From an uncultured Methylomirabilota bacterium (GTDB taxonomy: Bacteria; Methylomirabilota; Methylomirabilia; Methylomirabilales; 2-02-FULL-66-22), in NCBI GenBank assembly GCA_963705305.1, contig OY970067.1, positions 1,216,001 to 1,280,000 on the forward strand: a DNA stretch of 64,000 nt, given 5' to 3'. Position numbers and translations under genes: made by a program. The notes below the pieces were generated by a model, which worked only from the letters and a program-made list of their open reading frames with translations, did not search any database and was not told the DNA's origin. Below, one piece after another: positions 1 to 10,535 of this stretch; the first letter of the stretch is position 1; every line of letters starts with the position of its first letter.

Positions 1-44
1 CGACGGCTCTGCGGCCCTCCGACGCACAGTCCTCTCCCGGCCGC

Positions 45-1226
45 TCAGCCGTGAAGGCGGGGCAAGATGGACGGCTCTGGCCCCCGCGCCTGCTCGTATG
101 CGGCAATCGGATCGAAGTCCGGGGCAAAGCGATCGAGGCGGAACGCCTCCAGCGAGAGCGACGGCTTTCCAGTCAATATAAGCTCCGCGATGAGCTTCCC
201 GATGACCGGCCCCAGCGCGAATCCGTGCCCGCTGAAACCGCAGGCATTGCAAAACCCCTTCGGGCTGTCAACGAACCCCAGGATTGGAATCCTGTCCATC
301 GTTCTCCCGGAGATTCCGGCCCACGCCCGGACAGCCGTACTCCTTCCCAGCGCAGGGAGGAGCATACTCGATCGCCCCGCATACCGCATGATCGTGCTGC
401 TGGTGTTCACTGCCTCGTAGCACAGCTGCTCCCAGGGACCGCTGCCACCGACGACAACACTCCCCCTGCGCGTCTGGGTAAAGTAGACCGTGCTTCCCGA
501 GACGAACTGATCGAACAGGGGAGGGAGGGCCTCGGTGGCCATGATCTGATTCCGCCGGTGGATGACCGGAACATTGCACCCGGCCAGCCTTCCGACGTGG
601 CGGGCCCAGGGGCCTGCGGCATTGACCACCACCGGCGCCCGGACAGTTCCCTTGCTCGTCCTGACTCCTCGCACCTCCCCGTCAACCAGCTCGGTACCCA
701 CGACCTCCGTGTGGAGCATGAGCTCGGCGCCGTGCCGCTTGGCCGCCCGCCCGAGGCCGATCGTGGTCGCCATCGGATTCGCTTTCCCGTCGGTCGGGCA
801 GTGACTCGCAGCGACCACGCAATCCGAGAGCGCGGGGCAGACCTCCCTTGCCTCTTTGCCACTCAGGAAGAAGACGGCGAGCCCCAGCGCCCGCTGCCGC
901 GCCACGGCCGACTCGATCTGCCTCGCCTCTTCGTCGCTGGTCGCAACGATCAGGTTGCCGCCCCGCTTGTACTCGGTGTCGCACTCCAGCTCCTCGCTCA
1001 GGCTCTGCCACATGTTGATGGCTGCCATGGCCATGGGCAGCTCTCTGGAGTCGCGCCCCTGCTGTCGCACCCCCCCTGCGTTCCGGCCCGATTCCATGTA
1101 CCCGACGACTTCCTTCTCGATCAGCACGACCTGCCGGCCGGCTCGTGCGAGATGATAGGCGATCGAGCAGCCGGCAATGCCACCGCCGATGATCACCACC
1201 TCGGCCTCACCCAGGATCTGCGTCAT
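45..1226 (-). CDS. FAD-binding oxidoreductase, DAO/sarcosine oxidase beta (HcnC/OoxB-like) subunit
   Basis: IIGGGIAG FAD motif, SGRNAGG, VVNAAGPW, GFSGHGF; start taken at MTQILG. Confidence 0.9.
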   Translation of the reverse strand: MTQILGEAEVVIIGGGIAGCSIAYHLARAGRQVVLIEKEVVGYMESGRNAGGVRQQGRDSRELPMAMAAINMWQSLSEELECDTEYKRGGNLIVATSDEEARQIESAVARQRALGLAVFFLSGKEAREVCPALSDCVVAASHCPTDGKANPMATTIGLGRAAKRHGAELMLHTEVVGTELVDGEVRGVRTSKGTVRAPVVVNAAGPWARHVGRLAGCNVPVIHRRNQIMATEALPPLFDQFVSGSTVYFTQTRRGSVVVGGSGPWEQLCYEAVNTSSTIMRYAGRSSMLLPALGRSTAVRAWAGISGRTMDRIPILGFVDSPKGFCNACGFSGHGFALGPVIGKLIAELILTGKPSLSLEAFRLDRFAPDFDPIAAYEQARGPEPSILPRLHG

Positions 1227-1245
1227 CTCACTACTCCGGATCCCT

Positions 1246-2667
1246 TCACTTGAAGAGCGTAACACTACCGGCTTCCGGTCTGGCCAGCGCGTGGAGCGGG
1301 ATGGGCTTTATGGGGGCCCGAGGCGTATCGAGCAGAATTTCACCCAGGGGAGTCCCAGTCTCCCTCCTGATAAGCTGGCGGATCAGAGCGCTGCACATCC
1401 TTCCTTGACATCGGCCCATGCCTGCCCGGGTGCGAATCTTCACCCCCCGCACGGTGGCGTCTCCGTCAACGAGCGCTTCCTTCACCTCGCGGACAGTGAC
1501 ACTCTCGCACCGACAGACTACCGTCTCGTCGGTCATGAGATCGAACAGGGCAGGCTTGAGAAGCATCATGTCCCCAATCAGTGCCGCAAATCGCTTGGCT
1601 GACGCGAGCCTCCGTCGGGCCTGCTGCTCCCGTCGCCGGCAGCCTTCGTCGGCGGTCCGTCCAAGAGAGCAGGCTGCCGCCAGGGCGGCAATCCGGCCCT
1701 CTTCCGCCGCCACTTCCGCGCCGCCAATCCCGCCCGCCTCACCGGCCACATAGACGCCCTCAACGCTGGTCTCTTGCTTCTCATCATGCCAGGTAATCCA
1801 CCCGCCTGAGCGCTCCGCAAAAAGCACCTTGCACCCGACGAGCCGTGCCAGATGGATCGAAGGCAGAAACCCGTAGGACAGGTACAGGGCATCGGCCTCC
1901 AGGGTTCGCTCTGTCCCCGGGACCACCTTCCAGGTCTCGTCCACCCGGGCGACAACGACCGCTTGAAGCTCCTCGTCACCGAGCGCCCGTACCGGTACTT
2001 GCCGGCGGTGGTATGGAACGCGAGCCCGCTTGAGTCTGATCCAGTACCCAAGCCCCTCTCGAAGCTTGGCCCAGTGCCCCATCGATCGAAGAGCATTCTG
2101 GATTGACGCCGGGAACCGGGCGGAGGCTTCCAGGATATCCGCCACGTCGACGCCCGCCTCCACAAGCTGGCTGGCCACCTTCAGCTGGAGGGGGCCCACG
2201 CCGGCAAGAACCACCCTGTGCGCCGGCCGGATGCGCTGCCGGACCAGGAGGCTCTGGCCCGCCCCACCCATCATCACACCGGGCAACGTCCACCCCGGAA
2301 AAGCGATCGGAACCTCCTGGGCGCCCGGAGCAAGGATCAGTCGCTTGGCCCGCAGGTAATCCGCCCGGTCGTTCCGGAAGAGCGCCACGTTCCTCTCGTC
2401 GAAGATCCCCCAGACGAGGGTATCCGGCATGAGCTCTACGTGCGTTCCGCGCAGCTGGTCGAGGATCTCGGCTCTCTCAATGCACTCGTCGCCTGCCTGC
2501 CCACGATCCTCGAAGGAGAATTCCTCCGGCACGTGCTTATAGAACTGGCCCCCGAGATCATGATATTCCTCAATCAGCACGACCTCCGCGCCGATCCTGC
2601 TTGCCTCAAGCGCCGCCGCCAGGCCTGCCGGACCTCCGCCCAGCACGGCAATCTCTACTTCTCGCAT
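1246..2667 (-). CDS. FAD/NAD(P)-dependent oxidoreductase with C-terminal BFD-like [2Fe-2S] domain (HcnB/OoxA-like)
   Basis: LGGGPAG, FPGWTLPGVM, VCRCE...RAGMGRCQGRMC; start at MREVEI after a GGGGAG RBS. Confidence 0.9.
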   Translation of the reverse strand: MREVEIAVLGGGPAGLAAALEASRIGAEVVLIEEYHDLGGQFYKHVPEEFSFEDRGQAGDECIERAEILDQLRGTHVELMPDTLVWGIFDERNVALFRNDRADYLRAKRLILAPGAQEVPIAFPGWTLPGVMMGGAGQSLLVRQRIRPAHRVVLAGVGPLQLKVASQLVEAGVDVADILEASARFPASIQNALRSMGHWAKLREGLGYWIRLKRARVPYHRRQVPVRALGDEELQAVVVARVDETWKVVPGTERTLEADALYLSYGFLPSIHLARLVGCKVLFAERSGGWITWHDEKQETSVEGVYVAGEAGGIGGAEVAAEEGRIAALAAACSLGRTADEGCRRREQQARRRLASAKRFAALIGDMMLLKPALFDLMTDETVVCRCESVTVREVKEALVDGDATVRGVKIRTRAGMGRCQGRMCSALIRQLIRRETGTPLGEILLDTPRAPIKPIPLHALARPEAGSVTLFK

Positions 2668-2971
2668 ATGAGCATTGTCTCCCCTGTAATCGGGGCAGGA
2701 GTACAAGCGGGACGGCCGAGACACACCTACACGGCGGATCGACATGCCCCCTTGCATCGCAAGGGACTGCCCGGACACTTCGCGGGACGAGACACCGCCA
2801 GCCCCACATCTGTACGACCCGCACTGGCGCCGATTCCGTTCACTGCGTCTCTCCGCTCCCCCGTAGCCCACCATCGCATACGCGCGACACCCCGGCCGCC
2901 CCCCCCGATACTCGTCCGGCCGTTCCGAGGAATCCCCGCCGCCGCATTCCGTACGGGACCAGACCAGCCGC

Positions 2972-3268
2972 TCACAATCCGCCCGTCGTCGATCTGCTGA
3001 TCTTCATCCCTTCCCGGACCGGGGTCACGCAGGCGCGCACATTGCCCAATCCTTCCACGGCCACCAGACACTCATAGCACTGCCCGATTCCGCAAAAGAG
3101 GCCCCTCGGCTCGCCGCTGCTCGTGCGGTGGAACGTTCGATGCCCCTCCGCCAGCAGCGCGGCGGCAACCGTCTCCCCCTGGAACGCGACTATTTCCTCT
3201 TCGTCTACAAACAGCCGCACGCGAACGCCCCGATGCACACGCGGGTCCCGCGAGAACGACTCCTCCAT
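2972..3268 (-). CDS. Small [2Fe-2S]-binding subunit (HcnA-like)
   Basis: GETVAAAL...PRGLFCGIGQCYEC...VRACVTPV. Confidence 0.88.
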   Translation of the reverse strand: MEESFSRDPRVHRGVRVRLFVDEEEIVAFQGETVAAALLAEGHRTFHRTSSGEPRGLFCGIGQCYECLVAVEGLGNVRACVTPVREGMKISRSTTGGL

Positions 3269-3332
3269 CGCTCTTCCCTCTCCGCCTTCCCGGACGGGCT
3301 CCGACCGGACCCCCTCCGCGTCCGTCACACCC

Positions 3333-4364
3333 TCAGCTGCTCTCCATCAGTTTTTCAATGTTCTTGGGATCGGCGATTCTTTCCCAGCGAGGTATCTTTG
3401 CCCCCTGCAAATTCTGCAGCTCGACTGCCATGAGATTGTCTCTTGCATCGCAGAGCCTATTTGCCCCCCAGAGGATCCAATGCATGGAGACGAGTGGGGT
3501 GCGAATCTTCACTTTCCGCCGAAACAGTTCGGGGTCCCGATTGCTCAGCCGGATGTACGTATCCAGCAGTACTTCATGCCCCTGCGGGCACAGGAGCTCC
3601 GTCGTGCACCACAGCTGGCACGGTTCGCTGAGGAAGCAGGCTACGTCGTATGTACAATCGTCCCACCGCGGCTTTTCCCAATCGATCAGCTTCAATCCTT
3701 CACTCGTACGGATAAAATTGTCCAACGCTGGATCGGTGTGGTTGATTCCGTCAGGCGCATACAGCCCACAATATTGCGACACCTTCGGCCTGATCTGCCT
3801 CATGAACTGTTTGGTCAGGGTCACAATCTTCGCATCGCGCGTCCTCTTGCCTTCATATTCCCGCAAGTCTGCATACACCATGTCGTAGTTATCCATCAGC
3901 GGGTTCGCCCAGATGATCAATGGCACATTGACCGGTCTCACCATATGCAGTCGCGCCAGCAATTCAGCAATCGCGGGCATCTCTTCCGGGACAAGGGAGA
4001 CGTACGGTCCTCGCAAGTATTCCTCGATCATGATGGCGTGCTCGATGTGCTTCCTGGTGCTATCAAGATAGTAACATTTCGGGGCAATTCCGTGCTTGTC
4101 CAAGAAGCGTATGGCGCGACCTTCATATTCGATCTGATCAGCCATCCCGCTCTGTTGTTCGATATTCACCCGGAATAGGTAGTCCCCGCCATCAACTTTC
4201 ACATGATAATTGAGATTATAGGCGCCATGGTACAGTTCCAAAACCTCTACGGAAGGACTTTTCCCGACTTCCAGCACGTGTGGAGGCAGATTCTTCAGAT
4301 ATCGGCCGATGACTTGCCGCATCTCATCCTGCATATCCCGCTGCTCGCCCCCACTCGGCGTCAT
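3333..4364 (-). CDS. Aminoglycoside phosphotransferase / choline kinase-like phosphotransferase
   Basis: Brenner-type HTDPALDNF and LIDWE motifs; exact start uncertain. Confidence 0.8.
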   Translation of the reverse strand: MTPSGGEQRDMQDEMRQVIGRYLKNLPPHVLEVGKSPSVEVLELYHGAYNLNYHVKVDGGDYLFRVNIEQQSGMADQIEYEGRAIRFLDKHGIAPKCYYLDSTRKHIEHAIMIEEYLRGPYVSLVPEEMPAIAELLARLHMVRPVNVPLIIWANPLMDNYDMVYADLREYEGKRTRDAKIVTLTKQFMRQIRPKVSQYCGLYAPDGINHTDPALDNFIRTSEGLKLIDWEKPRWDDCTYDVACFLSEPCQLWCTTELLCPQGHEVLLDTYIRLSNRDPELFRRKVKIRTPLVSMHWILWGANRLCDARDNLMAVELQNLQGAKIPRWERIADPKNIEKLMESS

Positions 4365-4469
4365 CGTCCCACCTGGGTCCGTGCACGAGAGCCATTCATC
4401 ATATGGATACCCATTGAGTATCTTTTCACTGCGTCCGGTCGACCCTGCGAAGGATCGCTCATGCCATTT

Positions 4470-5435
4470 TCACCTAACTTCCCTTTTCTTACACTTGGCC
4501 CCGATGGCCCACACCACCCCCGCCATCCCCCGGGGATAGAACACCATCACCGTAACCAGTAGGGCACCATAAATGATCAGGCGGATTTCCATTAGAGATT
4601 TCAAATACTCAAACACGGGGATGACCAACATGGCCGCCCACAGCCCCCCCCACACGCTGCCTCTGCCGCCGATGACATTGAGTGCGATGATTTCGATCGT
4701 GTGTTGCGTGTCCATCACGTCCGGCGTCAAGATTCCAATGAAGTGGGCGTAGAAAGCGCCCAGCAGGCCGGCAAACGCACATGAAAGGGTGAAGGCGATC
4801 ATCTTATATCGCGTCGGATTCACCCCGGAGGCTCGGGCATACTCGACATCCATCCCGATCGCGCGGAATGCAAGGCCGACCCGCGACTCGATGATGGTCC
4901 TTATCACGATGTAGATCAGTATCGTCATCACCAGCAGTGTATAGAAGGGCGGAAGAATGGAATCGGACGTAAACATGGGGTTGACGAATAGCCCCCAGGC
5001 ACCCCGGGTCACCTTGACCATGACCAGGGTCAATGCCTGGAGCGCCAATGCGATGAACCATGCCATGATCGACACGTAGAGCCCGCGAAGCCGCATCGTC
5101 AAAACGCCGGTAAAGATCCCCAATAATCCGGACATGACCATGCCGGCCACCAACCCCACCCACGGGCTGATCCCGAATTGCGTGGTGAGAATTCCGGTCG
5201 TGTATGCCCCCAGACCAAAAAACGCCGCAAAGCCGAAATTCGAGATATTTATGAACCCAATGGTGAAGTCCGAAACCATTGCCTGCGCTCCGAAGAGCAT
5301 CCCTATCAGCGTCAGGTGACGGATATAATCGTCCCTGACCACAAAAGGAACCCCCGCCAGCAGGACAATTCCTAACAAAGGGAGCCCCAGCTGGCAGACG
5401 TATTCCTTTGGGCGGACCGACATGACCCTATGCAT
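4470..5435 (-). CDS. Branched-chain amino acid ABC permease (LivM-like)
   Basis: Hydrophobic; RLRGLY, SRVGLAFRAI, IGGRGS. Confidence 0.9.
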   Translation of the reverse strand: MHRVMSVRPKEYVCQLGLPLLGIVLLAGVPFVVRDDYIRHLTLIGMLFGAQAMVSDFTIGFINISNFGFAAFFGLGAYTTGILTTQFGISPWVGLVAGMVMSGLLGIFTGVLTMRLRGLYVSIMAWFIALALQALTLVMVKVTRGAWGLFVNPMFTSDSILPPFYTLLVMTILIYIVIRTIIESRVGLAFRAIGMDVEYARASGVNPTRYKMIAFTLSCAFAGLLGAFYAHFIGILTPDVMDTQHTIEIIALNVIGGRGSVWGGLWAAMLVIPVFEYLKSLMEIRLIIYGALLVTVMVFYPRGMAGVVWAIGAKCKKREVR

Positions 5436-5441
5436 TCCTTT

Positions 5442-6341
5442 CTACCTTTCCCATACACCCTTGACGGCGCTGCCGAATATTCCAGACGGTTTGACCACCA
5501 GGACCAGGATGAGGATAACCGCGCTTATTACCGCCGGCCACCCTTCCCCAATCAATTGAAAAGAGATCGCCTCGACCATTCCGACGATCAGCCCGCCAAC
5601 GATGGCTCCGCCCACGTTTCCGAAGCCGGCGAGCATCACGACGAGCCAGGCGTAGTTATTCGGTGCCGTCCCCATGTATGGGTAGGCAGGCGTGATAGAC
5701 AGCATGCTGGCACCCGCTATGCCTTCCATCATGCACGCGATCGCAAAGGAGAGCGTGAATATCCTCCCGATATTGATCCCGGCCAGCATGGCCCCACGCT
5801 CGTCCTGGCTGACCGCCCGGATCGCACGCCCAACGTTCGTGCGCCGGAGAAACAATTGCAGCCCGACAATCGACAGGACGGCAATCAGCAGGGCCACCAG
5901 CCGATCCACAGAAATTCCCACGCTTCCCAGCACGTTGATCGTTCCTCCCCAATACCAGCGAATCCCGCGATACGTCGGTTTCCATAGCACCACCGCCCCA
6001 TTCCGCAGGAGGAATGAAAGGCCGACCGTGAGCAGGAATGTGTTCAGGTACCAGTCTTCGCCCGCACGCCGACGCATGTAGCGAAAGGGCCCCATCTCGA
6101 TCAGCGCGCCCACCAGGAAGGTGCCGACCGCCGCCACAAAGATGGCCCCCAGGGGGCCCGTCCTGAAGGAGGTGAAGCTGAAGTAGGCGATGTATGCCCC
6201 GATCATGTACAGCTCACCGTTGATCATGGAGATAATGCTCATTACCCCCAAGAGGATGGACAAGCCGATGGCAACTAGCGAATACAACCCTCCTCGCAAG
6301 AGGCCTACAAGAAGCGTGTTCCATATTATCGGGAAACTCAT
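5442..6341 (-). CDS. Branched-chain amino acid ABC permease (LivH-like)
   Basis: GGLYSLVAIGLS, GRAIRAVSQD. Confidence 0.9.
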   Translation of the reverse strand: MSFPIIWNTLLVGLLRGGLYSLVAIGLSILLGVMSIISMINGELYMIGAYIAYFSFTSFRTGPLGAIFVAAVGTFLVGALIEMGPFRYMRRRAGEDWYLNTFLLTVGLSFLLRNGAVVLWKPTYRGIRWYWGGTINVLGSVGISVDRLVALLIAVLSIVGLQLFLRRTNVGRAIRAVSQDERGAMLAGINIGRIFTLSFAIACMMEGIAGASMLSITPAYPYMGTAPNNYAWLVVMLAGFGNVGGAIVGGLIVGMVEAISFQLIGEGWPAVISAVILILVLVVKPSGIFGSAVKGVWER

Positions 6342-6470
6342 GGCCTCACTCCTGATCTCACACTCCCTTTGTGTCGTCTTTCCGGAAGGTGCTCTCCCCG
6401 CACGCGCCGAAGGCCGCTGCGGCCCCTGAGAGCCTCCCCCGTCCCTCGATCTCCCTTTCGAGACTGCCCC

Positions 6471-7175
6471 TCATCTGCCGAGATATATCTCCTTGACGCG
6501 CTCGTTCTCGATCAGAACAGAAGCCTCGCCTTCCATGACAACCTCGCCGTGCTCGATGATGTAGCCGCGATTGGTGATTTCGAGGGCTTTTGCCAGATGC
6601 TGCTCCACAAGCAGGATCGTGATTCCGGTCTTGTTCAGCGCCATGAGGGCGTCGAACGTGGTCTGGGTCATTACCGGCGACAATCCCAAGGAGGGCTCGT
6701 CCACGAGGATGAGTTTGGGGTTCGACATGAGTCCGCGCCCGATGGCCAACATCTTGCGCTCGCCGCCGCTGAGGGTCCCGGCAAGCTGGTTTTGACGTTC
6801 TGCCAGTCTGCCAAAGAGGCTAAAGGCCTGCTCTACGGACTTCCTGACATGCGCCCGGTCGTGGACGGCATAGGCGCCGACCAGCAGATTGTCCTTGACG
6901 GTCATCTTTGGGAACAGATTCAGGTCCTCTGTGATATAGCTGATTCCCAGGCGATTGATCTTGTGCGGGGGGAGGCCGACAATCGATTGCCCGTTCAGCT
7001 TTATCTCGCCCTGTATGGGCTTCACCACGCCGGAAATGGAGCGGAGAGTCGTGGTCTTTCCGGCTCCATTCGGTCCAAGCAGCACAATGAACTCACCCTG
7101 CTCGACCCGCAGGGAGATATTCCATAACACCTGGAGATCGCCGTAACCAGCTTGCAGGCCGCGCACCTCAAGCAT
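6471..7175 (-). CDS. Branched-chain ABC ATP-binding protein (LivF-like)
   Basis: GPNGAGKT, LSGGE, DEPSLGLSP. Confidence 0.93.
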   Translation of the reverse strand: MLEVRGLQAGYGDLQVLWNISLRVEQGEFIVLLGPNGAGKTTTLRSISGVVKPIQGEIKLNGQSIVGLPPHKINRLGISYITEDLNLFPKMTVKDNLLVGAYAVHDRAHVRKSVEQAFSLFGRLAERQNQLAGTLSGGERKMLAIGRGLMSNPKLILVDEPSLGLSPVMTQTTFDALMALNKTGITILLVEQHLAKALEITNRGYIIEHGEVVMEGEASVLIENERVKEIYLGR

Positions 7176-7178
7176 CAG

Positions 7179-7928
7179 CTACCCCTTTGAATTGCCAAGG
7201 ATGGGGTCTCTTCGATACTCCTCGCCCAGATAGGCCTCGATGACACGGCGGTTGGTGCCGATTTCGTCCGGGGAGCCCTCCGCAACCTTTTCCCCGTACA
7301 CCAATACCGCCATGCGGTGGCAGATGTTCATGATCATCTTCATCAGGTGCTCAACAACGATGATCGTGATGCCGGTCCCGTTGATCTGCCGGACCAGCAT
7401 CATGAGGCCCTCTAATTCCTTAGGGGTCAAGCCGGAGGCCGGCTCATCCAGCAGCAGCAGGGATGGATGGGAGGCCAATGCTCGGGCGAGATCCAGGCGC
7501 TTCAGCTCTGCGGCGTTCAGCGTGTTGGCCGAGGTCTCCGGAGATTTCCTGAAATGGACCAATTCCAGGGCCTCTCTCGCCAGCTGCGCAGGTGCCTTGT
7601 CCGAGTGCTGGACTCCGAAGGTGGAGGCCACGAGGACGTTCTCCAGCACGCTCATTTTGTAAAACTTTCTCGGAACCTGAAAGGTTCGGGATATGCCGAT
7701 ATTACATATCTTCTCGGGGGTGAACCCCGTGATATTCTGACCCTGAAAGAGGATGTGCCCCTGATTTGGTTTGTAGACACCGGCGATCACATTCAGCAGG
7801 GTCGTCTTGCCTGCCCCGTTGGGTCCGATCAGACCAAAGACCTCGCCCTTGTTGACGGTCAACGACACCTTGTTGACCGCCGTGAGGCCCCCGAACGTCA
7901 CCGTGACATTTTCAGCCTGGAGGATCAT
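7179..7928 (-). CDS. Branched-chain ABC ATP-binding protein (LivG-like)
   Basis: FGGLTAV, GPNGAGKT, LLLDEPASGL, VIEAYLG. Confidence 0.93.
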   Translation of the reverse strand: MILQAENVTVTFGGLTAVNKVSLTVNKGEVFGLIGPNGAGKTTLLNVIAGVYKPNQGHILFQGQNITGFTPEKICNIGISRTFQVPRKFYKMSVLENVLVASTFGVQHSDKAPAQLAREALELVHFRKSPETSANTLNAAELKRLDLARALASHPSLLLLDEPASGLTPKELEGLMMLVRQINGTGITIIVVEHLMKMIMNICHRMAVLVYGEKVAEGSPDEIGTNRRVIEAYLGEEYRRDPILGNSKG

Positions 7929-8428
7929 GCAGAACCTTCCCTCGGAAAGAGTGTCAACAGACCCTGGACCCGATGCTCAGCGGCCCCCTTGGCGCCCGGC
8001 CCGCACTCTGCGGTACGGAACAGCGCCGCCGGCTTGCTGTCGACCCTGCGAAGCCGAGAGCCAGTTATCTCCAACGCCGCGACGGAGCCGCCGCTATCCC
8101 CTCGTGCATTTCCTTCCATGCGTACTCACCGAGCCAGGATGCACGCCGTCAGGTTGATTTCGGCCCATTCGCCCGATCCGGCTTCTCTCTGCCGACTGTG
8201 GAGCGCCTCGACCGAGGCCCTCTGCCCGGCCACGGCCTGGAGCCCATCACCCGTCGACGGATCATGCGTGCCGGACGGTCGCCGGTCCTCCAGGGGACCC
8301 GCCGGACACCGTTGCCCCGGAGGCACCGGCGACCATCCTGCGCAACACCTCCCGCCCGGAGGCGCGAGGGCCTCCCGTCCCTGCCCTGACAACAGGCCCC
8401 TTCGCGCTTTCCGGAAGAGAGCGCCCCG

Positions 8429-9688
8429 CTACTTCTTGATCTTCAGATCTCCCTCTTTCAAGTAATCGGGCCAGATGATCGTCCCTTCGCCCTTGAAGTA
8501 CTGGACGACTGGATCCAGGTAATACCCTTCCCCAACGACCATCTCTGGTACCGAATCCCGATCCCACTTCAATTCCTTGTACCAGAGCCCCCCTTTGTAG
8601 GTCAGCTTGCCGGTGCTCACCTCGTCATTGCCGATTCTGAAGATCGAGTCGCTATCCAGCTTGCCATGGACCTGAAGGGCCCGCTTGCAGATCTCGATGA
8701 AGAAGTTGGCATAATCGTAGGAGATGGCGAGGCTGGCGCTGGGGCTGATATTGAACTTCTGCTTGAAGGCGTCGCGATAGGCAATCTGCTGCGGCGTGCG
8801 GAATTTCTGCATCATGTCGAGGATGTAGTCGCCCGCCGGGCCCGTCATCTGATACCACTCCCCGATCCAGCCCAGCCCGTGGCTAATCACCAGGCCCTTC
8901 AGGCCGACCTCGTTCACCTGCTTGATGATGCCGGTGGCGATCGCCGGCGCGCTCATGGAGATGAAGATCAGGGACGGTGACTGGGACTGGAGCTTCGAGA
9001 GAATCGGATAGACGTCCGTGGCGTTCAGCGGCACGTAGTCCTCGCCCACGAGCTCCCAGCCTTTGCTCTGAACCATCTTCTTGAAGGAGGCGCAGAAGTC
9101 TCTTCCGTAATCGGTGTCTTCGCACATCACGGAGAACTTCTTGTTGGCCGGCTTCCAGATGCCCTTTCCGATAGCCTCCTTGAAGAGGGCAATGTCATAC
9201 CCCACGATGAGCTTGGTCGGATTCGGCCGGCCCTTCCACTGGTGGTACGCATACTTGACCGGGTCCGACTTGTACTTGTTCACGATGACACTGGATTCGT
9301 TCTGCGGAAAGAAGTAGGGAATCTTGTACTGGGCAATGAGGTCCATCAGGGCAACCGTCACGGAGCTGTGGTAGCCGGACAGGGCCGCCTGGATCTTCTC
9401 TCTCAGGACCGCGTCCTTGAAGGCGCGGACGGCTTTCTCGGGGTCGGATTCGTCATCGATCCACACCGGCACAATCTTGTAATCCCCGATCTTCCACCCA
9501 ATCTTGTCAAAGGCCATGATGTGGATGTCTTTCAGCTCTTCCCCGACTCGCGCATTCGGTCCCGTGTATGGAGCCACAATCCCGATCTTCAGTGTCTTTT
9601 CGGCTGCTGTTGCCGACGCGCAGGATACCAGCACAGCCAATCCGACTAACAGCGTGATACACAAGAGAGATCTCCAGACGCTTTTCAT
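8429..9688 (-). CDS. ABC substrate-binding protein (LivJ/K type)
   Basis: Signal peptide, KIGIVAPYTG, DDESDP; start at MKSVW after an AGGAGG RBS. Confidence 0.88.
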   Translation of the reverse strand: MKSVWRSLLCITLLVGLAVLVSCASATAAEKTLKIGIVAPYTGPNARVGEELKDIHIMAFDKIGWKIGDYKIVPVWIDDESDPEKAVRAFKDAVLREKIQAALSGYHSSVTVALMDLIAQYKIPYFFPQNESSVIVNKYKSDPVKYAYHQWKGRPNPTKLIVGYDIALFKEAIGKGIWKPANKKFSVMCEDTDYGRDFCASFKKMVQSKGWELVGEDYVPLNATDVYPILSKLQSQSPSLIFISMSAPAIATGIIKQVNEVGLKGLVISHGLGWIGEWYQMTGPAGDYILDMMQKFRTPQQIAYRDAFKQKFNISPSASLAISYDYANFFIEICKRALQVHGKLDSDSIFRIGNDEVSTGKLTYKGGLWYKELKWDRDSVPEMVVGEGYYLDPVVQYFKGEGTIIWPDYLKEGDLKIKK

Positions 9689-10535
9689 GACCCTGTCCTC
9701 CTTTTGTGTTGTCCCTGGACTGCTTTTCGGGGCAACTCTCCCTGACCGGCAACATGGCTCAATGCACCTGCACGCACCCACCACGCTCTATTGATCGGGG
9801 CGGCGCATTCTCGGCCCCACTGGGGGCCGAATCATGCGCCGATCGAGCTCGGCTGCAACATGTGGGATCTCCTTCAGGCGCCGCAGCCAGATTGACGGGT
9901 CGACGCCGGAGTGCCCGTGCGGGCATCCGATCCGGATGAGGTATGCGGGGCCGAAGGCAACGAGGAGGGAAGGCCGGCGCCGTCCGCAAAGCCGCCGGCC
10001 GTCCCGCCGCCCGGAGGGCGCGCCTCCTCATCGGAGGCGCCGACGGATCGGGCCGGCTGGCGAGTGGCTGTCGCAGAGCAATCGGTTCGAGAGTCGTGGC
10101 TGTCGTGGGATGCGTACGGGGGGGGCGCGGTGCATGCGGCCGAGGCGGAATCGCCGGGATCTCTCGACCGCCTCTTCCCAGGCGGCACCTCTTTCCAAGA
10201 CGCGCCGGCACTCCCCGGACCGGCCACAGGTCCGCCGGCGGAATGCGTCCGCCGCAACCGATCCCGGGAGGGAAGGGGCCGGGGCGCTTCGCGGTCACTG
10301 CGATTAACCGGAGAACGCCTTTGCTGCTGTTCATACATCTCACCGCCAGGTCGGGCACAGACAATTGCACCGCGTCCGCATTCGTACGCGACTCGATTAC
10401 GCGGGAGTCCGGTTAATTACTTCCGATCGTCGCTTATGTGAGCGTCATTCACCTCCGACGAAATGCTGCTTCACCTCCGAGTCCCACTCCTCGCACGTGC
10501 GCCGCCCTCACGCTGGGAGGCGGCCATCTGGGGGA

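Noticed and set aside
45..3268. Hydrogen cyanide synthase or sarcosine oxidase call
   Set aside because: The same architecture is shared with opine and D-amino acid oxidases; there are no soxD/soxG genes and the context is uptake and catabolism.
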